Positions 1 to 8,542 of a stretch of 64,000 nucleotides of DNA are shown here, piece after piece. The stretch spans positions 5,694 through 69,693 of the forward strand of contig QJZQ01000173.1 of the NCBI GenBank assembly GCA_003246675.1, in the 5' to 3' direction. Position numbers and translations under genes: made by a program. The notes under the pieces are model-generated. The model was not told the origin of the DNA and ran no database searches. It saw only the letters and a list, made by a program, of their open reading frames with translations. The DNA comes from Nitrospirota bacterium. GTDB taxonomy: Bacteria; Nitrospinota; Nitrospinia; Nitrospinales; VA-1. Position 1 is the stretch's first letter; each line of letters starts with the position of its first letter.

Positions 1-2
1 TC

Positions 3-158
3 GTCGCCCAGGCGTTCGGCGTCCGCCCCTCACAGGTGAGCCTGGTGAGCGGCCTCACCGGCAGGAACAAGACGCTGCGCATCGAGGGCCTCTCCGCCCG
101 CGAATTCACCGAAAAGGTCGCCGCGCTGCTTCCCGGCGGCGGCAAGGAGCCCGCATGA
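3..158 (+). CDS. DUF167 (YggU-like) protein, 5'-truncated by the window edge
   Basis: Reading from position 3 gives VAQAFGVRPSQVSLVSGLTGRNKTLRIEGLSAREFTEKVAALLPGGGKEPA*. This resembles the C-terminal part of DUF167/YggU proteins. Its TGA overlaps the next ATG (ATGA at 155-158). It is absent from the ORF track because the start lies off-window. Confidence 0.55.
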   Translation, partial: VAQAFGVRPSQVSLVSGLTGRNKTLRIEGLSAREFTEKVAALLPGGGKEPA

Positions 159-1195
159 TCAAAACCATCGAATACCTGGACGGCGTCGCCCGCATGATCG
201 ACCAGACCCGCCTGCCGCAAGAAAAGGTGTACGTCGACTGCCGCACCATCGAGGAGGTGGGCCGCGCCATTCAGGACCTGGTGATTCGCGGCGCTCCCGC
301 CATCGGCGTGGCCGCGGCCATCGGCGTGAGCCTGGGGGCAGACGGCATCGAAGCCGACACCTTCGACACGTTCTACCCGCGCCTTAAAACCCAGTGCGAC
401 GCCCTCGCCCAGGCCCGCCCGACGGCGGCCAACCTCGCCTGGGGCATCGAACGCATGAAGCGCACCGCCCAGGCGCATCGCCACCTTTCCGTCGACCAGA
501 TCAAAGAGCGGCTTCGCCAGGAAGCCCTCGCCGTCCTGGAGGAGGACATCCAGATCAACCGCAGGATCGGCCAGCACGGCCAGGAGCTGATTACGGGCGA
601 TAGCGTGGTGCTCACCCACTGCAACGCCGGCGCGCTCGCCACCGCCGGCTACGGCACCGCCCTCGGCGTGGTGCGCGCGGCCATCGAGGCCGGCAAGCGC
701 GTGAGCGTGCTCGCCAACGAAACCCGGCCCTTTTTTCAGGGCGCCCGCCTCACCGTCTGGGAACTCATGGAAGACAACATCCCCGTCAAGCTCATCACCG
801 ACGGCATGAGCGGTTATTTCATGATGCAAGGCGGCGTGGACGCGGTCGTGGTGGGTGCGGACCGCATTGCCGCCAACGGCGACGTGGCGAACAAGATCGG
901 CACCTACATGGTGGCGGCCCTCGCGCACCGGCACGGGATTCCGTTTTACGTCGCCGCGCCGGTCTCCACCCTGGATCTTTCCATCGCCTCCGGTGAGGCC
1001 ATCCCCATCGAGGAACGCCGGGGCGAGGAAGTGGTGAACGTCGCGGGGCAACGCATCGCACCGGAGGGAACGGTGGCGGCCTACCCCGCCTTCGACGTCA
1101 CCCCGCACGCGCTGGTGACCGCCATCATCACCGAGCGCGGCATTGCCCGCCCTCCTTACGGCGAAAGCCTCCAGCGGCTCGCGGAGACGGGATGA
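155..1195 (+). CDS. mtnA: S-methyl-5-thioribose-1-phosphate isomerase
   Basis: 346-aa ORF with eIF-2B-alpha/beta/delta-type signatures: IDQTRLP, VIRGAPAIGVAAA, THCNAGALAT, VGADRIAANGDVANKIGTY. ATGA overlaps on both sides. Confidence 0.9.
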   Translation: MIKTIEYLDGVARMIDQTRLPQEKVYVDCRTIEEVGRAIQDLVIRGAPAIGVAAAIGVSLGADGIEADTFDTFYPRLKTQCDALAQARPTAANLAWGIERMKRTAQAHRHLSVDQIKERLRQEALAVLEEDIQINRRIGQHGQELITGDSVVLTHCNAGALATAGYGTALGVVRAAIEAGKRVSVLANETRPFFQGARLTVWELMEDNIPVKLITDGMSGYFMMQGGVDAVVVGADRIAANGDVANKIGTYMVAALAHRHGIPFYVAAPVSTLDLSIASGEAIPIEERRGEEVVNVAGQRIAPEGTVAAYPAFDVTPHALVTAIITERGIARPPYGESLQRLAETG

Positions 1196-2187
1196 AAGCC
1201 ATGGTCCTCGCCGCCGGGTTCGGCACGCGCCTGTTGCCCCTCACCCGGCAGCTGCCCAAGCCCCTGTTCCCGATGATGAACCGGCCGCTGCTCGGGCATA
1301 CTCTGGACTGGCTCGCGGCGGCGGGAGTCCGCGACGTCACCGTCAACCTGCATCACCTGCCCGAACCCGTCCTCGCCGCCTTCGGCAAGGAAAGCGGGCT
1401 CGGCCTTCACTTCTCGCTGGAAGAAGAAATTCTCGGCACCGCGGGCGGCATCAAGCAGGCCGAGCGTTTTCTCGGCGGCGGCGCTTTTTTCGTCGTCAAC
1501 AGCGACATCCTGAGCAACATCGACCTCCCCGGAGTGATGGCGTTTCACCGCGAAAAAGGCGCCTGCCTCACGCTCGTCGTCCGCAGGGACCCCGCGCCGG
1601 AGCGCTACGGCCTCATCGAGATCGACGCCGCGGGCCGCATCACGCATTTCCTCGGCGCGTCCTCGCCGCACCGGCCCGAAGGCCGCACCACCCGCGTCAT
1701 GTTCACCGGAATCCAGGTCATGGAACCCGGTATTTTCGAGCGCATTCCCGCCGGCCGCTTTTCCGGAACCACCCGCGACATTTTCCCCGCCATGGTCGAA
1801 GAAGGCCTGCCGGTGTACGCTTACCGGCACGACGGGTACTGGCTTGACCTCGGCACTCGCGAAAGCTATTTGCAGGCGCACCGGGACGTCCTTGAAGGAA
1901 ACCTTCAACTGGGGCAGGAGGCCACCCTTGCGGCAGGCCCGGGCCTCGCGCCACCGGTGGCGGCGGGGCGGGCACTCGACGTCGCGGCGACGGCCAAAGT
2001 CGGCCCGTTCGTCGTTTTGGGCGAACGTTGCCGCGTAGGCGCTGGTGCGTCCATCGAGAATTCCGTGTGCTGGGACGATGTGACGGTGGGAGAAGGTGCG
2101 CGGGTGGAAGGCTCCGTGCTCGGGCACGGCACGGTGGTGCCGCCCGGCGGGAACGTCCTGGGGCGGATCGTTGAAGGAAGCCGCTAG
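1192..2187 (+). CDS. NDP-sugar pyrophosphorylase (sugar-1-phosphate nucleotidyltransferase) with C-terminal hexapeptide-repeat domain
   Basis: The N-terminus MVLAAGFGTRLLPLT..PKPL is the NTP-transferase G-x-G-T-R-L signature. The C-terminus has imperfect left-handed beta-helix repeats (VGPFVVLGERCRVGAGASIENSVCWDDVTVGEGARVEGSVLG). Sugar specificity cannot be read from the sequence. Confidence 0.8.
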   Translation: MKAMVLAAGFGTRLLPLTRQLPKPLFPMMNRPLLGHTLDWLAAAGVRDVTVNLHHLPEPVLAAFGKESGLGLHFSLEEEILGTAGGIKQAERFLGGGAFFVVNSDILSNIDLPGVMAFHREKGACLTLVVRRDPAPERYGLIEIDAAGRITHFLGASSPHRPEGRTTRVMFTGIQVMEPGIFERIPAGRFSGTTRDIFPAMVEEGLPVYAYRHDGYWLDLGTRESYLQAHRDVLEGNLQLGQEATLAAGPGLAPPVAAGRALDVAATAKVGPFVVLGERCRVGAGASIENSVCWDDVTVGEGARVEGSVLGHGTVVPPGGNVLGRIVEGSR

Positions 2188-3140
2188 AGGCCGGGTTCTT
2201 CCTCGGGCGCGGCGTTCTGGCTGGCACGGTGGCCGCTCAGACTTTGCGCCTCGATGAACACCCGCCCCACCTCGGGGAATTGCGCCTTGATCGCCCGTTC
2301 CATCTCGGAGATCGACGCCTCCACGTCCTCGGATTTCATACGGTCCTCGAAATCCAGGCTCAGGTTGAGCAGGATATCGCGCGGCCCCAGGTGCATGGTG
2401 AGAATCTCGTTCACCGCCTTGATGCCTGGCCGCTCGCCGACGATTTTCTTGATACCCTCGATCACTGAGGCGCGCGCGCCCTCGCCGATGAGCAGGCTCT
2501 TGCTTTCGTAAATCAGGAATCCCGCCGTGCCCGCCAGAATCAGGCCGATAACGATGGAGGCGACCCCGTCGAAGAAGGGCATCTGCAGGCGATCCGCAAG
2601 GAAAATACCCAGAAAGGCGACAAGCAGTCCCAGCATGGCGGCCGTGTCCTCGAACAACACGGTGAACACGGCCGGGTCCTTGCTTTCATGCACGGCCTGA
2701 AAATAACCCAGGCCTCCCTTCGACCGGCGGAATTCCTTGAACGCCACCCACCAGGCCGCCGCCTCGAACACCAGGGCGACCCCAAGAACGATGTAGTTGA
2801 TGTAAGGGTCGCTGACCGGTTCCGGCGCGTGGAGCTTGTGCAGGCCTTCGTAAATCGAAACACCCGCGCCGATGCCGAAAATGAGGACGGCGACCACGAA
2901 CGCCCAGAAATAGAGCTCCATGCCGTAGCCGTAAGGGTGCCGCCGGTCGGGCGGCTGCTCGGAGCGCTTGAGGCCGTAAAGGAGGAGCCCCTGGTTGCAG
3001 GTATCGACCAGCGAATGGATGGCTTCGCTCAGCATCGCCGAGCTGCCGGTGAAAAAGGCGGCACCGAACTTCGTGACGGCAATGAGAGCGTTGCCCGCGA
3101 GCGCGGCAAAAATAACTTTTTTGGAACCGTGCGCTTCCAT
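2184..3140 (-). CDS. cation diffusion facilitator (CDF) family metal efflux transporter
   Basis: 318-aa ORF with about six hydrophobic helices, the HSLVDT-type TM2 metal-site motif and a C-terminal cytoplasmic domain typical of CzcD/FieF-type proteins. Convergent 4-nt overlap with the previous gene. Confidence 0.85.
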   Translation of the reverse strand: MEAHGSKKVIFAALAGNALIAVTKFGAAFFTGSSAMLSEAIHSLVDTCNQGLLLYGLKRSEQPPDRRHPYGYGMELYFWAFVVAVLIFGIGAGVSIYEGLHKLHAPEPVSDPYINYIVLGVALVFEAAAWWVAFKEFRRSKGGLGYFQAVHESKDPAVFTVLFEDTAAMLGLLVAFLGIFLADRLQMPFFDGVASIVIGLILAGTAGFLIYESKSLLIGEGARASVIEGIKKIVGERPGIKAVNEILTMHLGPRDILLNLSLDFEDRMKSEDVEASISEMERAIKAQFPEVGRVFIEAQSLSGHRASQNAAPEEEPGL

Positions 3141-3239
3141 GCGTGTCCTAAAGTGTCTTCAAAAACCGCCGTCGGTCACAGGCGGCAAGGCGGGATAACC
3201 GCCCCTCCCCCGTAAACCCGGGGGAGGAGCGCGATAATG

Positions 3240-3914
3240 CTAAAGGTTTTTATGGTTGCTGAGCGTCATGCTGTCGACGGCGACCCGGCCTTCCACACAA
3301 TGGATCACCCGGCGGCTCTGAGGAAGATCGGCCTCGCCAACACGGGCGTAGTCGTCGGTGTAGCTCTCGACATCCTTCAACGATCCGTCCTGCGGGTTGA
3401 AATAGAAGACCGTGTACTTATGCGTGAGGTACTTGTCATCGACGGTTTTTACGCTCTCCTCGATGTTGATGGAGAAGGACATCCGCGGCGTGGCGCGGTT
3501 GATCTGCTGAATGCGGCCGTCCTTGATGCGGTAAAAGGAGCTCATGCCGTCGCCGCCGAGAACGAGCTTGCGCCCCAGGGGGTGCACGCCGTCGTCGCCG
3601 AAGGCGAGCTTGTATTTACCGTCCGAGTCGTCAAACGAGCGCGGCCCCCGGTGCATGGCGATGGAGGCGAGGTTTTCCGTCAGGAACTCTTTGGCGGCGC
3701 CGTCGAGGTCGGTTTCGATTTCTTTAGGCCCCTTGACGGTGACCTGCCCCCGGCTCTCCTGGCCATCGTTGTTGACCACCACCTCGGCGGTAAAACCGCC
3801 GTAGCCGGCGGGCCAGCGGGCGGTGTTCGAGAATACTTCCTTCATGGCCGCCCGTGCCCCGGCATCATCCTCCAGGGTCGTAGCGACGTCTTTTTCCTTG
3901 GTATAGGTTGCCAT
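3240..3914 (-). CDS. hypothetical protein (possibly DUF3386-like)
   Basis: 224-aa ORF with ordinary amino-acid composition. The overlapping + strand ORF 3237-4061 has the Arg/Gly/His/Val skew typical of an antisense frame in GC-rich DNA. The family assignment is only a weak recollection. Confidence 0.55.
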   Translation of the reverse strand: MATYTKEKDVATTLEDDAGARAAMKEVFSNTARWPAGYGGFTAEVVVNNDGQESRGQVTVKGPKEIETDLDGAAKEFLTENLASIAMHRGPRSFDDSDGKYKLAFGDDGVHPLGRKLVLGGDGMSSFYRIKDGRIQQINRATPRMSFSINIEESVKTVDDKYLTHKYTVFYFNPQDGSLKDVESYTDDYARVGEADLPQSRRVIHCVEGRVAVDSMTLSNHKNL

Positions 3915-4017
3915 GCAAATATCCTCCCAGGTTCTGGTTTTTTAAAAGGGAACAAAAAAAGCCGGGCGCTCGCTTCAAACCCGTGCATTTTCCGGGCAGG
4001 GCTTGGACGCTCCGGCG

Positions 4018-4050
4018 AACAAAAAGATTCAGCCCCCGCGCACGGGGGCT
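4018..4050 (-). terminator. rho-independent terminator downstream of the PPIase gene
   Basis: Perfect 9-bp stem CAGCCCCCG/CGGGGGCTG (4029-4050) with a 4-nt loop. On the minus strand it is followed by a CTTTTTG run. It lies 13 nt after the stop at 4063. Confidence 0.7.
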
Positions 4051-4062
4051 GTCACCCATGAA

Positions 4063-5121
4063 TCAATAAAAAGTTTCGATTTTCGCCTTTTTCCTCAGAT
4101 CGTCCAGATAGCCCCGGACTTTATTCTGCGCTTCCTCGTTAAACAGGTGAGATTGGATCACCCCTTCCATCTCCTCGAACTTCGCGTACTCCGGATCCCG
4201 TTTTTCCAGAAGCTTGACAATATGAAAACCGTATTCGGTTTTCACCACGCCGCTCACGTGGCCGATCTCCAGTTTCTTCACCTCTTCATCAAAAGAGGTA
4301 TCGAACACGCCCATGTAAATAAAATCCAGATCGCCGCCGTTGTCGCGGCTGCCCGCGTCGTCGGAATATTTTTTGGCAAGCGCGGCAAAATCGGCCCCGG
4401 CGTTGACTTCCTTGAGGACGTTGTTGATCTTGAGGTCCGCCGCCGCGATGAGCTCGTCCTTACGCGCCATCAATTCCTGGCGAGGGGTGCTCTTCACCAG
4501 GTCCGGCGGGAAGAAGGCGATGAATATGTGACTCACGCGGTACGCCTGCGGCCGGTAAAACTTTTCTTTATTGCCCTCGTAGTATTTTTTGACGTCCTCA
4601 TCGGAGATGTGGATCTGGCCTTTCACCTGTTCATCGAGAAGCTGGCGGGCCATGTAATCGACGGTGATGGAGTGCCGAAGCTCATCCAGGCTGATATCGC
4701 GTTCTTTGAGGGTGTTCTCGAATTCCTCGTCGCTGGCGTAGGGCTCGCGGATCAATTTCATTTCCTGCTCAATGGTCTCGGGCGCCACTTCGATGCTTTT
4801 CGTCCTGCCCTCCTGATACACCAGCTCCCGCACCACTTCCTTGTCGATGATGCCGCGGATGATTTTTTTCTGATCGTCCGGGCTGACCTTTTCCTTCGTC
4901 CGGGCCAGCACCCGGCCAAACTCGAAGCGGATGTATTTTCCGTCGATGTCTTTGCCGTTGACCCTCGCCACCACCTCGGGAATGCTCGGTTCGGCGGCAA
5001 CCGCGACCTGCGCGCAACCGATGGCCACGGCGGTCCACAAGAGCCCGCTCAACAACCCTCGCCGAGTGAAACCGGGAAGAAAAGAGATTCCATTCTGTCT
5101 GAAAAAGCTCAATCGATTCAC
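4063..5121 (-). CDS. periplasmic peptidyl-prolyl cis-trans isomerase, SurA/PrsA (parvulin) family
   Basis: 352-aa ORF with an N-terminal signal-like segment (LLWTAVAIGCAQVAVA). Parvulin core: LAKKYSDDAGSRDNGGDLDFIYMGVFDTSFDEEV...GHVSGVVKTEYGFHIVKLLE. Confidence 0.85.
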   Translation of the reverse strand: MNRLSFFRQNGISFLPGFTRRGLLSGLLWTAVAIGCAQVAVAAEPSIPEVVARVNGKDIDGKYIRFEFGRVLARTKEKVSPDDQKKIIRGIIDKEVVRELVYQEGRTKSIEVAPETIEQEMKLIREPYASDEEFENTLKERDISLDELRHSITVDYMARQLLDEQVKGQIHISDEDVKKYYEGNKEKFYRPQAYRVSHIFIAFFPPDLVKSTPRQELMARKDELIAAADLKINNVLKEVNAGADFAALAKKYSDDAGSRDNGGDLDFIYMGVFDTSFDEEVKKLEIGHVSGVVKTEYGFHIVKLLEKRDPEYAKFEEMEGVIQSHLFNEEAQNKVRGYLDDLRKKAKIETFY

Positions 5122-5291
5122 CTAAACGCTCCTTGAAAATTCCGTTGTCATGGGATTGCCACGTGGCAACAGCAAGGGTACCACCCCTCAGGAGGCGTTG
5201 CAACGGCGCTCTTTAAGGAAATCCCGCCGCGTTGACTCCCCTCCCGGGATGTGGGACAATCCGCCCGGTTCCCATTCTCGCCAGGTTTTGC

Positions 5292-7946
5292 ATGACATCC
5301 ACCCCAAAAACCCACAATAACCGCGCGCTGCCCCTGCTCTGCCTGTTCCTTTCGGGGGCGGCAAGCCTGGTCTACGAACTGGTCTGGATCAAGCAGTTCT
5401 CGCTCATTTTCGGCGGCACGCTGTACGCCATCAGCGCCGTGCTGTGCGCCTTCATGGCCGGGCTCGCCCTCGGCGCCTGGGCGGTGCAGCGGGTGCTCCA
5501 CCGGCTGGAAGCCACCGGCAAATCCTGGGACCTGGTCTGGCTTTACGGCCTGCTCGAAGGGGCCATCGGGCTGTACGGCCTGGCGTTCCCCCTGGGGCTC
5601 GGCCTCCTGGAAGGCCTCTATCCCGCCGCCATGCAGGCGGGGCTTGCCTCCGGCCCCTGGCTCCACGGCCTGGAATTCATCCTGAGCGCCCTGCTCATGC
5701 TCCCCGCGACGCTGCTCATGGGGGCCACCCTGCCCCTGCTCGGGTCGTGGTCCATCGGCGGACGGGCAGGCAGCGTCTTCGCGGACGTCTCGCTCCTGTA
5801 CAGCATCAACACCCTGGGCGCGGTGTTCGGCTGCCTTTACACGCAATGGTTCGCTGTGGAGCACTTCGGCATTCGCGGCGCCACCCTGACGGCCGTGGCC
5901 ATGAACGGCCTGGTCCTTCTCTTCAGCCACCTGCACAGAAAAAGATCGGCCAGAGAGGCGGCGGCCGTCCGTCCGGACCACGCCCGCACGGCCGACCTCA
6001 AGGTTCCGGGAACCGAAGAGCCCTCCCGTTTCGAGAGCCTCCTCCTGCTGTTCATCTTCATTTATTCGGGGATGGCGGCTCTGGCGAGCGAAATTCTGTG
6101 GACGCGGGTGCTGGTTTTCCCGCTCGGCAGCAGCCTGTACTCCTTCGCCCTCATACTCGCGACGTTTCTGTTCAGCATCGCTCTCGGCAGCCTGATCGCC
6201 GAAAAGGCCCTCGGCAACTCGCGCTGGGCGCTCAAGTTTCTCGTCGTGGAACTCGCCATCGGCCTGGTGTCCATCGCCATCCTGCCCCTGTTCAACATGG
6301 TGCCGGAATGGACGTCCCGCGCCGATCAGCTGTTCTATGCCGTGGAGAACACCGCCGCGCGCACGCTGTTCATCCGCTCCCTGTTCGCCTTCGGCCTCAT
6401 GTTCGTGCCCGCTCTGGGTTTCGGCCTGGCGTTCCCCCTGGCCCACCGGGTGCACCTTTCGCTCTTCGGCACCGTGAGCCGGACGCTCGGCAACAGCTAC
6501 GCCCTGAACACCCTCGGCGCGGTGGCGGGGACCGTTCTCACGCCCTTCCTGTTCATTCCCTGGCTGGGCATCCGCCTGTCGCTGTTCGTCATTTTCGCCG
6601 GGCTGATTTTTCTTGCGGCGTTCGGCCTCGTGGTGCACCAGCGGGCGCGCCCCCGCACCGCCGGAGCGGCCCTTGCCGCCTGCGCCCTCGCCATCGCCGG
6701 GGGTTTCGTCTATGCGAACCCCGTCATCTCCACCGCGCGCCTGGGCGAGAACAACCTCGCCCGCACAGAGATCACCGAGAACAAAAGCCAGATCCGCCTG
6801 CTGGACTATAAAGAGGGCGATTTTTCCACCCTGAGCGTGGTGGAGGATCAGGCCACCGGCGCGCGCACGCTGTACGTCGACGGCTTCAGCACCGCCACCG
6901 TCGCGCAGGGTTTCGGCGGCAGCGCCTACATGGAGGCGATGGGCTTCGTTCCCATGGCCCTGCACCCCGCGCCGGAAAAAGCCCTCGTCATCTGCTTCGG
7001 CACCGGCAACACGCTGGGAACCGTGTCGCTGTTTCCCGGCGTGGAAGTCGACGGCGTGGAGATCGACAAGAACGTCCTGCCCCTGGCGCACTGGTTTTCC
7101 GCCTGGAACCACGGCGCGCCCAATCGGCCCAATACGCACATGACCATTCAGGACGGCCGGGCCTACACGCGATGGACCCAGGCGAGCTACGACGTCATCA
7201 CCCTGGAACCGATGTCGCCGGTGCAGGCGGGCGTGGTGAACCTTTATTCGAAGGAATTTTACGAGGAGGCCCGTGCCCGGCTGAACCCGGGCGGGCTCAT
7301 GATGCAGTGGCTGCCGCTGCACCTGATCGGCGAAGAAGACGCGCGCGCCATCATCAAAACATTCCAGGAGGTGTACCCGCACACCTCGGTGTGGAACAGC
7401 TTCCTCACCCGCATCGTTCTTCTGGTGGGTTCGAACCAACCGGTAAGCATCGACAAAAACCGCTTCGACGCCATGATGCAAAACCCCGGCCTCAAGGCCT
7501 CGGCAGAGCGGATGGGAATTCGCTCCCTCGTGGACTTCGCCGACTTCTTCATTGCCGGCGGCGAGCGGCTTAAACCTTATCTGGAAGATGCGCCCCTCAT
7601 CACCGACAACAGGCCGCTGCTCGAACATTCCGCCGTCAACCTGCTGCCGCCGCTGAAATGGCAGACCGATGAAAGCTTTCTCAACCTGCTGCGCTTCCGC
7701 ATCGGCGAGGCGCCACCGGTCAGCGGCCTCTCAGGCGACGAGGCCGAAAAACTGCACGGGGATTTTCAGGTGAGAACCGCGCAACGCTTCGCGGTGTTTT
7801 CCCGCCGCTACCACGGCCCGGGCGAGGCAATGTTCGCCCGGCAGAACTTCCCCGCCGCCATGGAAGCGATGCGGATTTTCCTCGACCAGAACGGCACCGC
7901 GCCCATTTCCCTGAAGGACGCGCGCTGGGCACCGCCCGCCGGCTGA
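5292..7946 (+). CDS. fused polytopic membrane domain / spermidine-synthase-like (class I methyltransferase fold) protein
   Basis: ATG at 5292 (MTSTPKTHNN) is preferred over the TTG at 5232. The first ~480 aa carry about a dozen hydrophobic helices. A spermidine-synthase-like core follows (ALVICFGTGNTLG, VDGVEIDKNV, YDVITLEP), then a ~170-aa C-terminal extension. Confidence 0.8.
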   Translation: MTSTPKTHNNRALPLLCLFLSGAASLVYELVWIKQFSLIFGGTLYAISAVLCAFMAGLALGAWAVQRVLHRLEATGKSWDLVWLYGLLEGAIGLYGLAFPLGLGLLEGLYPAAMQAGLASGPWLHGLEFILSALLMLPATLLMGATLPLLGSWSIGGRAGSVFADVSLLYSINTLGAVFGCLYTQWFAVEHFGIRGATLTAVAMNGLVLLFSHLHRKRSAREAAAVRPDHARTADLKVPGTEEPSRFESLLLLFIFIYSGMAALASEILWTRVLVFPLGSSLYSFALILATFLFSIALGSLIAEKALGNSRWALKFLVVELAIGLVSIAILPLFNMVPEWTSRADQLFYAVENTAARTLFIRSLFAFGLMFVPALGFGLAFPLAHRVHLSLFGTVSRTLGNSYALNTLGAVAGTVLTPFLFIPWLGIRLSLFVIFAGLIFLAAFGLVVHQRARPRTAGAALAACALAIAGGFVYANPVISTARLGENNLARTEITENKSQIRLLDYKEGDFSTLSVVEDQATGARTLYVDGFSTATVAQGFGGSAYMEAMGFVPMALHPAPEKALVICFGTGNTLGTVSLFPGVEVDGVEIDKNVLPLAHWFSAWNHGAPNRPNTHMTIQDGRAYTRWTQASYDVITLEPMSPVQAGVVNLYSKEFYEEARARLNPGGLMMQWLPLHLIGEEDARAIIKTFQEVYPHTSVWNSFLTRIVLLVGSNQPVSIDKNRFDAMMQNPGLKASAERMGIRSLVDFADFFIAGGERLKPYLEDAPLITDNRPLLEHSAVNLLPPLKWQTDESFLNLLRFRIGEAPPVSGLSGDEAEKLHGDFQVRTAQRFAVFSRRYHGPGEAMFARQNFPAAMEAMRIFLDQNGTAPISLKDARWAPPAG

Positions 7947-7969
7947 GGAAAACGCCCCCTCTTTTTTCT

Positions 7970-8542
7970 CTATTCCAGCACCAGGGTCTCAAGCTCGGGG
8001 AACGCCTGCGATTCTTTCAGCGCGCGGATTCCCTCCTCGCTGAACGGGTTGCCGAACAGCTCAAGAGTGCGCAGGCCGGTGAGCGTTGCGCTGCCGGCAA
8101 GGGCCTGTGCGGCCTCATCGCCCAGGCGGTTCTGAGCGATGTCGAGGGCCGTGAGGTGAACAAGATGAATCGAGGCCGCCAGTTCCCGCGCCCCCTCATC
8201 GCCAATCTGGTTCTTCCACAGGTTGAGGGCGGTGAGGCGGGAAAACGCCGACGACCGGGCGATGGCCTTCGCCCCCTCGTCGCCGATGTTATTGCGCTCC
8301 AGATGCAGAACGCGCAAACCGCGAATCCATTTCGATTCGGCCAGAGCGCGAACGCCCGCATCGCTGATCTCGTTTCTTTCCAGGTTCAGTTCGGTCAGGT
8401 TGCCAAGCTCCTCGCGGCCGGCAAGGTGAATGAGCCCCGCGTCACCGATATATTTCAGGCGCAAATCGAGGGTCGTCCCGCCCCGCGCAAGATGCTTGTC
8501 GACCAGGGTTTCAATGGATTCATCGTTGAAAGGCTTGTTCAT
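7970..8542 (-). CDS. leucine-rich repeat protein, ribonuclease-inhibitor (RNI) type
   Basis: 190-aa ORF made of about six ~28-residue repeats of the form L-x-x-L-x-L-x-x-N-x-I-G-D-E-G-A-x-x-L-A (e.g. LHLERNNIGDEGAKAIARS, LNLWKNQIGDEGARELAAS). Its start ATG overlaps the upstream peptidase stop (ATGA, 8539-8542). Confidence 0.8.
   Translation of the reverse strand: MNKPFNDESIETLVDKHLARGGTTLDLRLKYIGDAGLIHLAGREELGNLTELNLERNEISDAGVRALAESKWIRGLRVLHLERNNIGDEGAKAIARSSAFSRLTALNLWKNQIGDEGARELAASIHLVHLTALDIAQNRLGDEAAQALAGSATLTGLRTLELFGNPFSEEGIRALKESQAFPELETLVLE

Noticed and set aside
5148-7628. Very long ORFs antisense to annotated genes. These include 5148-7628 (-, 826 aa), 9418-11172 (+, 584 aa), 14515-16110 (-, 531 aa), 37881-39626 (-, 581 aa), 41671-43512 (+, 613 aa), 53418-54980 (+, 520 aa), 25404-26579 (-, 391 aa) and 48795-49826 (+, 343 aa).
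   Set aside because: All are extremely rich in Arg/Gly/Ala/His/Pro/Val and have no recognisable motifs. Each lies opposite an ORF with clear family signatures. Stop-free antisense frames like these are expected in GC-rich DNA.
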